A DNA stretch of 63,979 bases, the filler included, from Dimorphilus gyrociliatus (taxonomy: Eukaryota; Animalia; Annelida), in assembly GCA_904063045.1 (NCBI GenBank). It is 4 parts of 4 records of this genome, joined end to end, with 100 filler letters (N's around TTAATTAATTAA, not from the genome) between each part and the next. Parts side by side here need not be neighbours in the genome. Positions count along the whole stretch, not along the records: positions 1 to 18,908 come from CAJFCJ010000200.1; positions 19,009 to 50,972 come from CAJFCJ010000130.1; 2 more parts are not named here. One strand, 5' to 3'. The position numbers and the translations under genes are program-made. Below are positions 10,691 through 22,342 of the stretch, piece by piece; within the stretch, counting starts at the first letter, position 1, and the number at the start of each line of letters is the position of its first letter. The notes beneath the pieces are model-generated. The model ran no database searches and was not told the DNA's origin. It was given only the letters and a program-made list of their open reading frames with translations.

Positions 10691-11855
10691 ATATCTATAA
10701 ATAAAGAATAAAATATAATAACATCTATTTTTATATAAATATATATACGCTGTACCTTAAAAAATATGGTCTTCCATATTTTTGTAACTTGTATACAATT
10801 TCGTTTGTTTTATCAAAATTGAATATATACCAAAATTTTTATAATTATCTACTGAACCTTCTATGCGGGGGTCTAGTCTATTTCAATACCATTTTTAAAT
10901 ATTTTTATCTAAAAACTTTAAAAAGAGTAATTTTCATTATATATTTAATAGTATAACCATTCTTTTTACCGATGAAATAAAAACGCTTTTTTTAAATATA
11001 AATGCTGACTTTTAGCAGATTCGTAGCTTTAAATATCTCTATTTCGCGCTCTAGCAGCTATTAATTTATCCCTTTTTAAAAGTTTTAATTTTTTATTTTG
11101 ACCTTGATTATTGAACAGAAATTCTCGATAAGACTAAATTCTAGAATTAGTTTTAGGATAGCATTATTATTATTATATAAGTTTACTTGTATGTTAAGGA
11201 ATATTATCTTATAAGAAATAAAAGTGACTTCTAACTTTAGAAGCTGATATTAATAAACTAAAATTTAGTATATTAAAGTAATACGTTCTATACATTTTTA
11301 AATTTCTAATTACATTCTTACAGAAATATGATATCAAAATCCCCGCATACTAATACTGCCCTACCTAAACTTTAATGTATTCCAAAATTTTCGAATTTAT
11401 CTGATTTCCTGAAAACGATTAATTGGTAAAATTTGCATTGCCCCTTTAAAACCAAGTTATATTGAACTGTAATGGTCTTAACACACAAAGAGCGCAATGA
11501 GAAAACAATGTTTAGTAAAAGTTTTCTGTCATATTTGATGGATTTAAACATACTAAAAAACAAAAATGTAAAATACAGCCGTATTTTAAACGAACCAAAA
11601 TACTAGAGAAGGTTTTATTTGGTCTTTTAAATCAAAAAAATGTAATGAAGGTTAATTCTTTATTCGTGCTCAGTCTATTTTCCTAGAATCAAGGTCCTGT
11701 TTATAAAATCGTTTTTATTATTTATAAATGGCGTTTCAAGACCAACTCTTAAACTCTTTAAGAAAATCCACCCCCAATCATAAATAATTTATTACAGTTT
11801 TAGGTTTAATAAGACGATCCTATAATTAAAAAACTAATAAAATCGATTGGTCGAT

Positions 11856-13660
11856 GGAAAAGTGATTGAAATAGACGAAAATTTACCCAGCAAGTAAAGA
11901 GATGATTAAAATAATTATAGGGTGGAGGTATATACACTAGTGGTCAAAAAAAACTGAAATTTTCAAAAATCCGATTTAGGTGGTTAATTGAGATGATGGA
12001 AGTTAAAAACATAAACATCATATAATAGTAATAAATTTCATACTTTTAAATCAAAACTTTATACAATTTTTTTACATTTTTTTCATAAAATTATAATTTT
12101 TTTTAGAAACCTTGACAAAAAAAACTGGAATTTTTATTTTATAAGTAAATAGAAATTTTCCCCTCCACATCAATATATAAACCACCTTATTATATCCCTT
12201 ATTATGGGAAGACACCTATCTGACTCTGAAAAAGGTAAGATTTTGGGCTTAAGAGAAGCTGGATTATCGTGAAGAAAATAGGAGAAAATCTCAACAGACC
12301 GACTTCAACGATATCCTTATTCATCAAAATTATTTTGAAAGGAATAGTATTGAGAGGAAGCTAGGTTCTGGCCGGAGAAGGTTTTTAAATAAAGGTTCGA
12401 TCACTAAAATCAAAAACTTGGTGATGTCAAATCCAAAAATCTCCTCAAAAGATATAGTTAAAAAATCCAGTAGATGTTTCACCAGGACAGTTAGAAGAAG
12501 CCTAAATGCAGTTGAATTTTTGGACGAGTGGCTGCAAAAAGCCCTTTTTGACAAAAAAAATAAGGTTCTTAGATTAAACTGGGCATACAAGTATATTAAT
12601 TACAATGAAGAAGACTGGAATAAGGTAATTTGGAGCGATGAAAGTAGATTTAAGCTCTTTGGATCCTATGGAAGACAATATGTATGGAGAACAGTTAATT
12701 AAAGGCTAGAAAAAAGAAATTTACGACCTACTTTTAAGTTTGGAGGTGGAAGTATTATGGCGTGGGGGTGTTTTTACGGTAAAACCCTTGGGAAACTTGT
12801 TTTTATAGATGGGAAACTAAATTCCATAGACTATATAGATCTTATTAGTAAAAATCTGTATGATTCCATGTCAGATAAAAGTGTTTCAGGGTACATTTTC
12901 CAACAGGATAATGCACCATGTCATGTTTCTAAAAAAAGTATGGACTATTTTAGAGAAAATAAGGTTGAATTAATGAACTGGCCACCACAATCACCGGATT
13001 TATATCCGATAGAGAATGTATGGGCATTTATCAAAAAAGAAATAGTAAAATCTCCACCAAAAAATATGAAAGAACTAAAGAGGCTAATAGAAAAAATTTG
13101 GCAAGAAATCCCTCAAAATTTTTTAAAAAAACTAATAGATGGTATGCATAATAGATGTTTAGAAGTTATTAGGGCGAATGGCGGTCATATAAGATATTAA
13201 CCAAAGAGTAAAATCGAATTCCAGTTTTTTTTGACCATTTTTTTTACTTTTATTTTTTTTTCATCAAAATAACATAAAAAACCTTTAAATACTATTGTAA
13301 AAAATATTTATTTGTATTTATATAAACTTAAACCATTTTAATTTGTCTTTGGTTTTTTGTATTTACATCAAAAAACAATATAAAAAAAATTCCAGTTTTT
13401 TTTGACCACTAGTGTATAGAATAAAAAGAGTGTGTTTTCCCAAAATTTTCAAGAAAAAAATAGACAATCTCTTGATAAAATCATCATAGATAATTTTAAA
13501 GAATATTCAATAATTATATAAGATGAATGGAAAGGCTATTGTAATATAAAATAATAATAAGTATGCTATTTTACATTAAAACATAAAACTGAGTTTTTTA
13601 GGTAAAGAAACAAAGGAAGTTCATACTCAAAATATTGAAAACCAATAAAAATGGCTTACA
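11856..13660 (+). mobile_element. Degenerate Merlin/ISXO2-like transposase interrupted by a Tc1 insertion
   Basis: GKVIEIDENL at 11856-11885 precedes the Tc1. After it come KIIIDNFKEYSIII*DEWKGYCNI and ETKEVHTQNIE (about 13480-13640), collinear with Merlin motifs VEIDE / ISDxWKAY / HTQxIE. Confidence 0.65.
11935..13414 (+). mobile_element. Tc1-family (DD34E) transposon, full length, transposase disrupted
   Basis: TA flanks at 11933-34 and 13415-16; termini CACTAGTGGTCAAAAAAAACTG and its reverse complement, with inner repeats near 12112 and 13220. Transposase starts at ATG 12204 (MGRHLSDSEKG) and includes IWSDESRF and FQQDNAPCH..WPPQSPDLYPIE; frameshift near 12270, TAA at 12700-12702. Confidence 0.95.
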
Positions 13661-15698
13661 ATATGCCTTAAATCACGAGGATGATATAAATGTAATCTTA
13701 AAGATCATATCAATGATTATTTTTTTCTAAAAAAAGAGAATCCTTTTTTGGAAATTATTAACTGGATGAAAGTTCTCGTAATAAAAAATGGTTATAAAAT
13801 CTCGTCAGTTTATTTTTTACGTGATTTTAAGGGCTAAAATAAAAACTTTGCTGCTATTGAGCAACCCCCCTTTTAAAGCAGTTGGAATAAAATTGGATGA
13901 CAGAAGAACTTCAATGGAAAATTATATAAAATTTTATACTAACTAAGTTTCGCAAAAAAACTTAAATTTATGAGAATTAATAAAAATAGATAATATATCT
14001 AGAGATAAATCTGTGTAAATATTTATAGGCAAAATCACATGTTTATCTCAAAAAATACTGTTGTCTGTTCTTTAAACTTTAATATCTTAATAGACCATAT
14101 ATTTATTCTATATTAAAACAATAAAATGATTATTATTTGAACTTCCAACTGTATTTTTACATTTTTAAACAAAAATTAAAGATTCTAAAATACTGCCATA
14201 TATATATTTCCTGGGAAAACATTAGTAATTCTTTTTCTATTGAAATATATTAATTAGTTTAAACTCATTAATTCCTATATAATTAGATAAATAATTATAC
14301 TATTTGATAAAATAATGTGTCAAAGTTTTATAAACATAAATTAAGATAAGAACTACTGCTACAGTGTCTTTACATAAATATAATGGCTAATATTAGGTTT
14401 TTATAAAGTATAAATAAATTTGAAATATTAATGCTCAATTGTAAAGTTTAAAAATAAATCCAGAGTATATGATATGATTTGCTATAAAATATATACTCAT
14501 AATATTCTAAGGTATAATTAAAACATACCCCTACAATACAAATCATTGAATTTATTGTTTTACCAATAAATAATTTTATAATTCTCTAAAATTTAAACTC
14601 AACTTTCTGCTAAAAATTATTATAAAACTCATTTTTTAGATTCAAAACTCAACTTTGTAATAATTTTTAATAAATAGTTTAAAAATCATCATAAACTATG
14701 GTTTTCCCTCCATTTCCTATTTTATACATTAAAACATGATTGAGTAATTTAAAATTTCCATAAAAGCTTAAACTATTTTTGTAGTATTGTAAACTTTTAT
14801 TTTGTATTTTTTTGGATCAATTTTATTGGTTGATAATTACAACTATTATTAGATAGATGAAAATGTTTATTCTATTATAAACTTGAAAAGTTATTGTTAA
14901 GAAATACTAAACAATAACGTTAGGTTTAAGTTTGGTTAGTAAACTGAAATAACAGCTACAAATATATATTTTGATATGAAAATGATCTAAAAGGTTACAG
15001 AAAAAGACTTACTTGTTAATTTTTTAAATATTATAATAAGAAAAGAATTTATTCAAAAAATACAATTACTTAATCAAGAAAGTTAATAAAAAAATTAAAA
15101 AATAAAAAATTTATATTCAATAAATAAATAAATACTTAAAAAAATACAATTACTTAATCAATAATATTTAACAATAAAATCTGTATAAATAGATTATATA
15201 ATAACTAGAGTGTGTTTTATTAATTTAATATTTGAGTATAAAATGAAATATTAAAATATAATTGGATTTATCTTTATTGAAGAATAGATTTTATACTCTT
15301 TTTTTATATCTATAATTGAATTTAAAGGATTACAAAATTTAAAATATAAAATTCAAATAAATAGAATTTATTTAAGCATTTGTTTTAATAAATAATATAA
15401 ATTTTTATTAAAATATATATCTCTAAGGTGTTTACCATAAATAATAAAAAAAGCTATTTTTTTTTAAATTAAACCATTTTAATTTTAATGACGTGTTAAA
15501 ACTCCTAAAATGATTCGAAATTCAATTTAAAGAATAATTTTATTTAATTAAATTTAACAAATTATTTCCATACTTTGCTGATTATATTTTACCAATTAAG
15601 TAAGTTGAAGTTTCCATTTTAATTAGTGAAAAATCAGTAATAGAGAAAAACCAAATGAGTTCTTGAGAATAAAAAAAGTTCAACATCACTTTTAATGA

Positions 15699-16136
15699 TT
15701 ATCGACTGAGCTCAGGTGTTGCTCTTGCATCCCTTGATCTGAGTTTTTTAACAAGAAGAATGTCTTTTTCCATAACTGTAACTCTTTTGGCATGGTTGGC
15801 AGCTAAATTAGCATCCTCGAATAGACCAACAAGATATGACTCTAGGGATTCGTGCAATGCATTCAAAGCATGAGACTGGAAACGTGCATCGGATTTTAAG
15901 TCATTAGTTAAATTTCTACACATTCTTTGGAAAGGTAATTTTCTGATCAAAAGTTCTGTAGATTTTTGGTACCTTCGGATTTCTTTAAGAGCAACAATCC
16001 CTGGTCTGAATCTTGGTTTCTTTGCTCCAGTAGATTGAGATGGTACTGCAGACTTTCTTGCTGCTTTGGTTGCTAGTTGTTTACGTGGTGCTTTTCCTCC
16101 TGTAGATTTTCTTGCTGTTTGTTTTGTTCGAGCCAT
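15699..16136 (-). CDS. H3: Histone H3, divergent microsporidian type
   Basis: [28 protein letters not shown] tail and intact histone fold; divergent [17 protein letters not shown] segment and a C-terminal LRSR extension. Confidence 0.98.
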   Translation of the reverse strand: MARTKQTARKSTGGKAPRKQLATKAARKSAVPSQSTGAKKPRFRPGIVALKEIRRYQKSTELLIRKLPFQRMCRNLTNDLKSDARFQSHALNALHESLESYLVGLFEDANLAANHAKRVTVMEKDILLVKKLRSRDARATPELSR

Positions 16137-16140
16137 ATGA

Positions 16141-16144
16141 GGGG
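16141..16144 (-). promoter_or_regulatory. CCC motif upstream of the histone H3 ATG
   Basis: Minus strand reads CACTTACCCC-TCAT-ATG. Confidence 0.7.
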
Positions 16145-17873
16145 TAAGTGTAAAGATTTTTTTATATTTGCAACAGGAGGTGAAACACAGTGATTCTAAT
16201 TGGTGTTTTTTTTGGAATTTTCTTTTAGAAAGAACTTCAAAAAGTTTTTCAAAAAAAAAGTATTTTTAGTTTTTTAATTATCCAAAATTTTAATTTTCCA
16301 TTATAAATCTTTACTTCCAGAAACGGAAGTTTTAAATTTATTCAAAGACCTACATTTTTAGTTATTATATTATTCAAATCATGTTTTAATCTGTTTTATA
16401 ATAAATATTTTATATAAAACAATTGATAACTAATAATAATCTATGCAATAAATAAACTATTTAATTTTAACTTTACTTAGAATATTTAAATAAACTTATT
16501 CTCTTTTAGTCAACTTTACTTAGAATATTCAAATAAACTATTTAGTGTCTTATTAATATTTTATATTTAAACAAAAAATTAAAAAATAGATAAATTTTAT
16601 TTTTGTAAGAAACTACTGGTAATTGTTTAATTAATATAAAAATATGTATTATTCTGTTAAAAAATAAACTTTATATAAAGAATCGATTGATACTTTGAAA
16701 CTACTAAATAATAAAAAAATATAAATCAAAGTACTTGAAAATACATAAGTTATAACTTTAGGAAAATCTTATAAATTAGACTAAAAGTAATAAACAAATA
16801 ACTGAGAATATCTAATAAGAATTCTTATTATTTAACTCAAGAAAAACTACTTTTAGAGATTTTTAATAGAAATAAAAATTACTCATAATAGAGAGTGTTT
16901 GACTAAAATATCAAATTTAGTTTAATTAAATAAAATAGTAAATTATTATTTTCTAGAATTCCAATCTACGTTTTTTTTAAATACTACCTTTTTTATTATC
17001 ATTAAAAAAAGATATATTAATATATAATTAATGTTGTGACTAAAAGCCCCTTTTTTTGGTATTTTTGTTAAAGAGGTGTTTATATCAAATCTAGTTATAT
17101 AAGATAATAAAACACTTTTATTCTTTCGAATTATTTGATTATATTGTTTAAAAACTGAGTACTAAATAAGAATGTCACAGAAGTAGTCATTTATCAAAAC
17201 CTAAACCTTTTATTTTGGTATATGATAAATAAAATATTGGCATATTAAACATGCATACATTAATCTAATTATCAGAGAGGTTAAATATTAAGAACTAAAA
17301 AATAGTAACTTAACAAGTGGGAAATTTGGCTATATAAATAAATTTAATATTTTTTAAAGAAAGTAATTAAACTTAAATAGTCAACTTATTAAAAATTGTG
17401 TAATACTAACTTATTATTAATACTTTATATTTGTATATAGAGAGAAATCTGGAATGTTGACATAATTATTGATTTTAAAAGGAAAATCGTATTATAATGT
17501 TCGTTAAAATATGAAAAAATAAACTGTCAAGTAATTTATATATAATAATTACATATTGATTAAAAAGATTCTCGTTAAATTAGAAAAATTCATTTATAGC
17601 TCAAATGGGACTAAAATACATATAAAAGAATCCAATAATATTTATTTTAAATACAACATAAATTTTAATATATGCAATTTAAGTAAGAAAAACTTATAAA
17701 TACAAAAAATATTTTTGAAGTTTAGAGTAGTTTATATTGAGGCTTGATGCAGTTTTATGTATAAGCAAATAGAGAACTACGGTTATAAATTTCAAAATGA
17801 TGTTGTACATCATTACAAAGTACCATTTTTTTGTTTTTTTTTTACTTCTGAAAGCAATTTTTACCAATCTGTT

Positions 17874-17900
17874 TTTGTACAAGATAACGATCCTAAGCAT
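17874..17900 (+). mobile_element. Highly degenerate Tc1 transposase fragment
   Basis: FVQDNDPKH motif in an otherwise stop-rich frame; no TIRs found. Confidence 0.35.
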
Positions 17901-18908
17901 ATTATTAAATTAAAGAAGAATTTCTAACAGTCAATAGCATTTAAATTGAGAGTTAGCTTTTTTAATTTTTTATTTTAATTGAATCGAAAGTAAAAAGTGA
18001 ATCTATCGAATATAGAAAGATTGCTATACACTTAGAATAGAATAGTTTCTTTTAGTGAGCTTTCTAAAAACCTAATTTATTTATAAAAAACAAATCTTCT
18101 TACCTAACAGACCAAATTAGATTCTATAAATAAATAATCTGAATATTCTTAATTTTTTACTTAAAAAATTAAAAACTAATTAATTTAATATAATGAATAT
18201 AATAATAGGTTTAATATAACATTAAAAAAACGATAAATAATTCTTTAGTTACTTTTTAATGTGCTTATTAAATTATACAATTAATCGTATTCACGTTGTC
18301 TAATATACTTTTTAAGTCTATATAAATATTTCAACTGAGCGTCTATGGTGTTTGTAACACAATTTTGTGTCTCTAATAAAATATTTGCTTTTAATAGCTA
18401 TCTAGATTTTTATATATAAATCAATATCAACTTTTAAAGTGTTAATAAACCTAAAAGATACAAAAATAATTCAAAAAAGGAAAATTTAATATTCAATTCA
18501 CATAATAAAGGAAAAGCTTTCATTAAAACTTAAAGGATTTATAAAATATAGGTGCATCCTCTGCTTGTTCTCGGCCTTAACTTCTAAGTTTATTTTTTGC
18601 ATCTATACAATTTAAAATAAAACTTCCATTTAAAAAAAAATATATGTTCTCCATTTTTAGTATTATCTTATACTGTTGTAAATAAATCGCTATTTTCATA
18701 CAGAAGAAGATTTTAGCAGAATAGCAATTTATTTAAGATTTTCTATAACATTAGTGTTTAGGTCGATGGCTCTCAGTGAAATATGACCTAAAAGGATTTT
18801 TTACAAAGAGATAGTGATTCCTTTCTAGTAGCAAATTTTTCATATTAAGTTAACATTTAGTGTAAACTTGTCTAAGTATATTAACTCGATATAATAAAAA
18901 AGTAAATT

Positions 18909-19008
18909 NNNNNNNNNNNNNNNNNNNNNNNNNNNNNNNNNNNNNNNNNNNNTTAATTAATTAANNNNNNNNNNNNNNNNNNNNNNNNNNNNNNNNNNNN
19001 NNNNNNNN
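18909..19008. other. Artificial contig spacer
   Basis: N44 + TTAATTAATTAA (stops in all six frames) + N44. Confidence 0.98.
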
Positions 19009-19160
19009 TTTTTTTCAGATCAAATTTTATTGAAACAATAAGAAATGATATTTTAGAAAATTGTAAATCTTTTTCTTTGAATTTCAACAATTCAAAAAAT
19101 AATTAAAATTTTAAAAAAATGTAATTTCTTTCTCTCTTTTTTTAAATAGTTTTAAATTTA

Positions 19161-21390
19161 TTGAATGAGCTTGAAAATACTGAAAATATTGACTTTATGA
19201 TTCAAACTCATAACAATGAAAATTATACGGAATTATTCATTCATCCTTGTCAACTAGATTCTGATTGTAGTTGTCACAGACTTTTATTGTATTGTTTATG
19301 TATTTTTAAAACATTACACAAATTCCATCAACTTCATATTGTTATTGATGAAATTTCATTTAAACACATTTTTTACAAGGTAAAGAAAAAGTTGGAAGCA
19401 AATGTTTGATTCCATTTAGAGAAATTAAAAAAAAATTCTTTTTAAAAACAGAAATCTGACAATAAATTAGTTTTTCATGTAAAAAAGCTATGTTATGGTG
19501 ATGAAAAAGAGAAAATGAAAGATATCTTCCAAGGAGGGACTATTTTAAGACAGCTATTATACGAAAACTGTTTGTTTTGCCTTTAATCTTTCTTTCTTTT
19601 GAAATTTGTCAACTATCAACTGTTGAAAGGGTATTTTAAGACATTGAATTCAGTAGTTAATAGTTTAATTTATCTTATAAAGAATAAACAATCTTCTCGT
19701 CTGAGTATTTCTTACATTTATCTTATCTTCTACTCTTTATCTAACAACTGCTGGAAGAGAATATAAACCCGTCCAAATCTTGGTAAGTCATTCAAATGGA
19801 TGAACAAAACCAAATGTAGGTTGATCGCCATAAGAGTACCGACAACAACAGAATGTGAGGCTAGGTCCCTAATGAGCTAATCACTATATGCAAAAGAAAG
19901 CCAGTAGAAACACTAGATGAGAGAGAAGAAGAAATTAATTGAGCTATCACAGAGATGCAACAAGAGATCGACCCTACAGACTCACAAAATAAACAATAAT
20001 ACAAGTCAATCTCAAAGAGTCCAGCTTAGGAGAGTTAAGAAGGATAAGAATCTGAAACAAACATGTCCGCTTCTCATAGATGGGAAGTTACTGATCTGAG
20101 TTTTATTAATTCGAAAAATACATGAAGACAACTGCCTTGCAGGACTGGGACACATGAGGAGGACGGTGAGGGAAGAATACTGAGTGTTCAACAAGGTGGC
20201 CATGATCCGGAAGGTCATTGATAAGTATCGTTTGTGTATCCCTTTCTGTAGCAAGAAAAAATAAGCTAAGAATGATCACATGCCTTTTGACTTTCAATTC
20301 AATGACAGTGATTTGGCAATCTTTGAAAAATGTTGCAATAGACTAGACCCCTTCTCGCTGGTAGATGGTAAAAGACTTTTGTCCTACTGGCAAAATCATG
20401 GCTTGGAAATCACGGAGGGCATGGATGCAACCTTCACGTAGCTGGCATTAGAAAAAATAGGATGTGCTACAAAAAAGCTAGAAATCTATGGTTTTATCCT
20501 AACTCTTAGATTGAATCCTCCTAAGTACATTTCAATAGCTATCTTATTCCTCCCAACCATTTCCCAACCAAAATCTAACCTTCAATTATTTCATTTATTT
20601 CGCGAATGGTTCTTTTTAGCCCCAAGACACCCTATTAGGGTGGAGTACAGAAAGTCTCAGTTAAGACGGCCCGATAAAATACTTAACTTTAAGAAATGTT
20701 TGGATATTCAGTGAAATATTACAAAATATTTGTCTGAATGATGTTGAAGAGTTGAAATTTGATTATTCAAAAATAGGTTTTCATATTTGCAATTCAGAAA
20801 AATTCAACAGTTTAAAACAACTTAAAAAGATATGTCTGAAGAATATTTCTTTTAGTGAGAAAGCTTCAAGAATTGTTGTCAATTTTTTTAAAACTCAAAC
20901 ATATAAGTTTTGCACTGGATAATGATTCCAATACTGATACCTTTGCTCAAAGAATGGAGGATGAATTAAATTTAAACTCAAGATGCCAAGATACATGTCA
21001 ATGTTCATAATTGTATCAAGTACTTCAATTTACAATGATGAATAAAAATTTGGAATTTTTTGGAGCTAATTTGCTGAATATTGACATAACTGCAACATCA
21101 TTTCTTATGGAGTTATTTAGAGAAAATACTATGAATTTGAAAAAGGTTGATATCAATCTAAAAACAATTGATTGTTATTTGAAATTGGCAGATGTTTTAA
21201 TCACTCAGAAAAGTTTAGAGAATTTACACTTACATGCCAGTCATATGGACAACTTCGGTGTTTTTTTTTGCAAAAAATATCTTGTATAATATATTTAAAA
21301 AATCTGAAGAAACATGAAAACAATTCTGATCTGAATAAGAAAACAGAAGAACATTTAACCGAGTTATATTGGAAATTAGTGTCATTCTAA
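19161..21390 (+). pseudogene. Disrupted RNI-like leucine-rich-repeat gene
   Basis: Fragments PIKYLTLRNV..VEELKFDY..LKQLKKICLKN (from 20671) and LKKVDINL..LENLHLH show LxxLxL periodicity; stops, frameshifts and an internal insertion. Confidence 0.45.
20100..20250 (+). mobile_element. BEL/Pao LTR-retrotransposon integrase (zinc-binding region) remnant
   Basis: LLIRKIHEDNCLAGLGHMRRTVREEY*VFNKVAMIRKVIDKYRLC aligns with the Pao pattern LII..H....H.G......R..YW....VRK.I..C..C; lies in a GC-richer insert (about 19740-20660). Confidence 0.55.
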
Positions 21391-21646
21391 ATATGTTATT
21401 ACATGTTTAAGTGTCTGATTTCGAATAAACTATTAAAATAAAATATCTGTTTAAAGATTCCAGTAGAAGTAGTACAATATACTGTATATATCTATTGTCT
21501 TATCTTATTGATAGGCAAATGTTATCTTTTCCAACTGTTTTCCTATCAATTGTTGGAAGAGAATATGATGATAAACGACTTCTTTTGTATTTTAAATGAA
21601 CACATTTATATTTAGAGTAGTATTGTATTATCGTTCAGATATTTTC

Positions 21647-22342
21647 TTACTTTTTTCCGTTCCATTCGTCATTGAATTGTTGTAAAAATTGAAGCATATA
21701 TTGATGTCTACCTTCAGCAATATCTTTACCAGGTTTCGTATTCATTTTATCCTTTAATAGTAACAGTTTCTCGTAGAAATGATTAATGCTCGGAGCGTTA
21801 TTATTCTTATAAGCTTCGGCTGTTGCGTATTTAACGGGTTGAATATCTGGATGATAGATAAGGCGATTGCGATGTCCACCGTATGCAAACGTTCTAGCAA
21901 TACCAACAGCTCCAATGGCGTCCAATCTATCAGCATCTTGTACAATTTGACATTCTAAACTAAGATTATCCTTATCATTTTGATTAAATCCACCTCTAAA
22001 TGATATTTTAGAAACAATATTTTCAATCTCATTTGCATATTCATCGTTTAGTCCGAAATCTTTTAAACAATTAATTAAATATTGTTTACCCTCTTCTTCG
22101 TTACCTTTGAATAGCTTATAATCATTAATTTCGTGTACTAAACACGCAATTTCAATACTATTTTTATTGATTTCATCATCTTTGTAATAGCTTGATAATA
22201 ATTTTCCATTGTTTACAACGCGAACAATATGAAACCAATCGTGTCCACTACTGTCGCCAGTCAACTCATTTTTAACCCATTCCTCTATTCTTCCGATTAT
22301 TAATTTTATCTCTTCTGCATCTATTCTTCCTTTGTCGGCCAT
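21647..22342 (-). CDS. Bacterial-type HD-superfamily hydrolase (YpgQ / COG1418-like), intronless
   Basis: GHDWFHIVRV, HEIND (HD changed to HE), VQDADRLDAIGAVGIARTFAYGG and HFYEKLLLLKDKMNT..G...A..RH..M..FL.QF..EW span the whole family domain; intact ORF. Confidence 0.92.
   Translation of the reverse strand: MADKGRIDAEEIKLIIGRIEEWVKNELTGDSSGHDWFHIVRVVNNGKLLSSYYKDDEINKNSIEIACLVHEINDYKLFKGNEEEGKQYLINCLKDFGLNDEYANEIENIVSKISFRGGFNQNDKDNLSLECQIVQDADRLDAIGAVGIARTFAYGGHRNRLIYHPDIQPVKYATAEAYKNNNAPSINHFYEKLLLLKDKMNTKPGKDIAEGRHQYMLQFLQQFNDEWNGKK

Noticed and set aside
18731-18797. Minus-strand LLGHISLRAIDLNTNVIENLK resembling Ty3/gypsy reverse transcriptase
   Set aside because: A single short motif in stop-rich sequence; no YxDD, RNase H or LTR support.
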